From Octopus bimaculoides (taxonomy: Eukaryota): a DNA stretch of 50,856 bases. Shown here piece after piece: positions 49,201 to 50,856 of this stretch (its first letter is position 1; every line of letters starts with the position of its first letter). Below the pieces are notes generated by a model. That model was not told where the DNA came from and did no database searches. It was given only the letters and a program-made list of their open reading frames with translations. The DNA is taken from the NCBI RefSeq assembly GCF_001194135.2, contig NC_069005.1, forward strand, positions 29,402,683 through 29,453,538. The letters run 5' to 3'. The translations under genes and the position numbers were made by a program.

Positions 49201-50149
49201 GTGTGGATGTGTGGTAGAATGAACGCTACAGAGGAAGGTGAACACTACAGTGAGTAGTGAAACATGGTGTGGTGAACATGACAGAGGACAGCGAACACTG
49301 TAGAGGATAGTAAAACACAGTGCGGTGAACACCACAAGAGATAGTGAACATGATAATGAGTAGTGAAATACGGTGTGGTGAACATTGCAGAGGATAGCAC
49401 ACACTACAGTAGTGAACATTACAGAGGATAGTAAACACTGCAGTGAGTAATAAAACATGTTGTAGTGAACATTGCAGAGGAAAGTGAACATTTTAGTAAG
49501 TAGTGAAACATGGTGTAGTGATCAGGCTAGTGGATAGTAAACACTATAGAGGTTTTGTAAACACTACAGTGAGTAGTGAGACATGGTGTGGCAAACATTA
49601 CAGAAGGTAGTGAACACTACAATAAGTAATGAAACCTGGTGTAGTGAACATTACAGAGGATAGTGAACACTACAGTAAGTCATGAAACATGGTATTGTGA
49701 ACACTATAGAGGACAGTGAAGAGGGAAACATGGTGTGGTCAACACTACAGAAGATAATGAACATTGCAGTGTGTAGTGAAATGTGGGTTGGTGAACACTG
49801 CTCAGGATAGTGATCACACAGTACCACAATGAACACTGTGGTGAACATCAGTTTACTTTGCTGCAACTGTTGTTATTGTTGTTTAAGCCCTAGTTACACC
49901 ACTTTAAGTAAACCTATGAGGAAAGGCATTTGACGCAAATACGCATCTAAACTTAATACCTAACATCAGTGAGACAAGGCATGACTGCCACAAATTCTTT
50001 ATTACCCCTGCACTTTACACTTGAGGCCTTAAGGCCAAGTAGTAAGAAATTCAATACTCACTTATACATAACGCTTAACACATTGATACCACTTGTTACA
50101 AGTTTGATGATTTTCAAGGGCTTTTTGTTAGCAACATAGGTTATTTCAC
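33952..50149 (-). CDS. CFAP251: Cilia- and flagella-associated protein 251 (WDR66), 3' part: 18 coding exons, 5' end outside the window
   Basis: Exons 50062-50149, 49077-49145, 48409-48471, 47693-47819, 46634-46689, 45270-45329, 44437-44513, 43827-43966, 42641-42802, 41913-42056, 41134-41216, 40088-40229, 38814-38905, 38567-38695, 38136-38241, 36305-36395, 34819-34959, 33952-34163. All have AG/GT ends and matching phases, totalling 1982 nt with no internal stop. Peptides such as [58 protein letters not shown] and [16 protein letters not shown] match the WD40 and C-terminal EF-hand-like regions of CFAP251 as recalled. Confidence 0.93.
34819..34959 (-). CDS. CFAP251: CFAP251 exon ([23 protein letters not shown]...LIDILQTE)
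   Basis: Acceptor ttatatgtcag, donor G|gtaaac, 141 nt. Confidence 0.9.
36305..36395 (-). CDS. CFAP251: CFAP251 exon ([30 protein letters not shown])
   Basis: Acceptor ctgtcttcag, donor T|gtaagt, 91 nt. Confidence 0.92.
36655..37145. repeat. 66-bp tandem minisatellite (collapsed, contains an N gap 36841-36974)
   Basis: Unit GGTGCTTTTTATGTGCCACCGGCACGGGAGCCAGTCATGGGGCACTAGCATCGACCATGTTAGGAT, about 5 near-identical sequenced units. Confidence 0.92.
37557..38079. repeat. Nested direct and inverted repeat complex
   Basis: An 80-bp block occurs twice forward and once inverted. A 30-bp block at 37638-37667 is exactly inverted at 37769-37798. About 37668-37766 is inverted at about 37980-38079. Confidence 0.8.
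38136..38241 (-). CDS. CFAP251: CFAP251 exon ([35 protein letters not shown])
   Basis: Acceptor catatatcag, donor GAG|gtaagt, 106 nt. Confidence 0.94.
38567..38695 (-). CDS. CFAP251: CFAP251 exon ([42 protein letters not shown])
   Basis: Acceptor aattaaccag, donor TG|gtaagt, 129 nt. Confidence 0.94.
38814..38905 (-). CDS. CFAP251: CFAP251 exon ([30 protein letters not shown])
   Basis: Acceptor tgtgttgtag, donor AG|gtaggt, 92 nt. Confidence 0.92.
39645..40037 (-). mobile_element. tRNA-Arg-like SINE, apparently full length
   Basis: Head GGAGGTGCAATGGCCCAGTGGTTAGGGCAG...GGTTTCGATTCCC (A and B boxes) with a body shared with the + copy at about 24889-25190, whose loop reads CTCGCG (TCG anticodon). 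Confidence 0.8.
40088..40229 (-). CDS. CFAP251: CFAP251 exon ([47 protein letters not shown])
   Basis: Acceptor ttgttttcag, donor GGT|gtaagt, 142 nt. Confidence 0.93.
40590..40932 (+). mobile_element. Mariner 3' end relic with right TIR
   Basis: [30 protein letters not shown] matches the YSPDLAPCDFWLFPKLK motif. It ends AAACTTCTTGAATGCCCCTTG followed by TA. Confidence 0.8.
41134..41216 (-). CDS. CFAP251: CFAP251 exon ([27 protein letters not shown])
   Basis: Acceptor ttatttcag, donor AA|gttagt, 83 nt. Confidence 0.92.
41913..42056 (-). CDS. CFAP251: CFAP251 exon ([12 protein letters not shown]...[29 protein letters not shown])
   Basis: Acceptor gtgcatctag, donor GAG|gtaaga, 144 nt. Confidence 0.92.
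42220..42585. mobile_element. TTAA-type MITE copies in a CFAP251 intron
   Basis: Same body (AAAGCTA...GATAATGCATGATTAATTCAAA...CTGAATGCTAAAGGGTT) repeated twice. Confidence 0.6.
42641..42802 (-). CDS. CFAP251: CFAP251 exon ([34 protein letters not shown]...[10 protein letters not shown])
   Basis: Acceptor ttattttgaag, donor TTA|gtaagt, 162 nt. Confidence 0.92.
43827..43966 (-). CDS. CFAP251: CFAP251 exon ([16 protein letters not shown]...[16 protein letters not shown])
   Basis: Acceptor tttattctag, donor GCT|gtaagt, 140 nt. Confidence 0.92.
44437..44513 (-). CDS. CFAP251: CFAP251 exon ([25 protein letters not shown])
   Basis: Acceptor tgtgtttacag, donor G|gtaagc, 77 nt, WD40 YSPDG motif. 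Confidence 0.9.
45270..45329 (-). CDS. CFAP251: CFAP251 exon ([19 protein letters not shown])
   Basis: Acceptor ttacttacag, donor AA|gtatgt, 60 nt. Confidence 0.88.
45975..46615 (+). mobile_element. Two tandem copies of a further SINE family separated by (CAT)n/(ATT)n
   Basis: GGTGGYGARCT...CAGA...TTAGCA...GGCAAAATGCTTAG...CTGAGTTCA...TGAAATTGCTGGCCTTGTG. Also at about 38390-38495 and 39325-39530. Confidence 0.7.
46634..46689 (-). CDS. CFAP251: CFAP251 exon ([18 protein letters not shown])
   Basis: Acceptor ctatttcag, donor AG|gtagga, 56 nt, bridges phase 0 to phase 2 exactly. Confidence 0.87.
46855..47058. repeat. About 200-bp imperfect palindrome (MITE/foldback-like)
   Basis: Arms ...TTTGAGACCGCGACCTGATCACTGAC and GTCAGTGATCATGTCACGGTCTCAAAG... 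around the loop 46953-46960. The arms extend to ATTTAAAAACACACAAAACC and GGTTTTTGTGTGTTTTTAAAT. Confidence 0.85.
47221..47592 (+). mobile_element. SINE-like retroposon with a (GAT)n tail and internal 61-66-bp subrepeats
   Basis: Three GGTGGCACGT-containing units, then GCATTAGGAAGGGCATC...CCATGCTAGCATGGAAAGCGGATGTTAAACGATGATGATG. Other copies lie at about 14540-14740, 21790-22200, 27840-27960, 32530-32760 and 33385-33590. Confidence 0.75.
47693..47819 (-). CDS. CFAP251: CFAP251 exon ([42 protein letters not shown])
   Basis: Acceptor ttttccacag, donor ACG|gtaacc, 127 nt, YP..CTL.G..F motif. Confidence 0.88.
48409..48471 (-). CDS. CFAP251: CFAP251 exon ([20 protein letters not shown])
   Basis: Acceptor taattccag, donor AT|gtaagt, 63 nt. 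Confidence 0.87.
49077..49145 (-). CDS. CFAP251: CFAP251 exon ([22 protein letters not shown])
   Basis: Acceptor cttttgcag, donor CG|gtaagt, 69 nt, WD40 strand motif IVIGD..G.V.FF. Confidence 0.9.
49238..49830. repeat. Degenerate higher-order minisatellite (about 53 bp made of 19+15+19-bp GTGAA-led subunits)
   Basis: Recurring GTGAACACTACAGTGAGTA, GTGAAACATGGTGTG and GTGAACATTACAGAGGATA. Confidence 0.8.
50062..50149 (-). CDS. CFAP251: CFAP251 exon, first in window ([28 protein letters not shown])
   Basis: Acceptor ctctgtcag, donor AA|gtgagt, 88 nt, phases fit the next exon. Confidence 0.85.
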
Positions 50150-50856
50150 CTGACAGAGAAAAAGACAGGGAAAATCAATTTGTAACAGGAATTTCTAAAT
50201 TGGAACAAATCAATCTAGAGAAATCATTGCCATTTTATTATCCCTAGTTCAATGTCCAGTCCAGTTTCTCGTACTTCCATGGGTCAGTTGGAGTTTCTTC
50301 AAGCAGATTTTCTACAGCTGGATGCCCTTCCTGTCACCAACCCACACTTATTTCCAAGCAAAGTAATATTTCCCCTTGGCAAACATGTTTCCTAATGGAA
50401 GAATTGAAATGAGATCGCTTGTATGATTTCGACACTTGTCTCTACAACTATCAGACAATGTCAAGGCAATATATATTCACATTCATACTTTGGTGTATAT
50501 TGGATGAATGGGACAGGAGCGGTCAATACATGTTGAAGAATATTTACTGAATCCGAAACTAAGAGTTTGTCTCATGACACAAGTATCTTATCTTGAAGCA
50601 TGAGACAAACTCTCAGTTTAAATAATATATACATATATATATTATACTAAAACTCTAAGTTTGTCTGTTTTCCTGCCATTTGATTAAGATGATAAAGATT
50701 ACATATGAAATAGTTAATTCCCCCTTTAAGAAAAAAAAAAACGAGTTGAAAATGTTGACACATCAGAGAATCATTAGAGCTACTGCTGTCCATCCTTTTT
50801 TTCTTACTTTCTTTTTTCTTCGTTTAATCGTTTTTACAATTTTCAAGTGCTGTGGA

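Overview
Repeat-rich, gapped animal genomic DNA, most consistent with an octopod cephalopod (Octopus-like). This is inferred from the dense (TA)n/(CA)n/(ATT)n microsatellites and the SINE and MITE families. Two spliced minus-strand genes were reconstructed by hand with GT-AG junctions and continuous reading frames. The first is the 3' part of CFAP251/WDR66 (18 exons, 50149 to stop at 33952, about 659 aa in the window; the 5' end lies beyond the window). The second, about 2 kb downstream, is a complete 7-exon PIGL (31927 to 24668, 261 aa, HPDDE and GHxxH motifs). The left 24 kb holds no identifiable protein. It has candidate orphan exons (6360-6395, 4463-4529, 1141-1308, 21470-21665), a decayed mariner transposase and a Tc1-like relic. 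Most ORFs in the supplied track are microsatellite or N-gap artefacts. The best leads are the unidentified leftward gene, a palindromic MITE with an 8-bp TSD and telomere-like arms, MITE-built structure in the likely PIGL 3'UTR, a SINE with an internal microsatellite, and SINE-born minisatellites. No convincing novel multi-gene system was found. Repeat boundaries are approximate, and comparisons to human proteins are from memory, not from a search.
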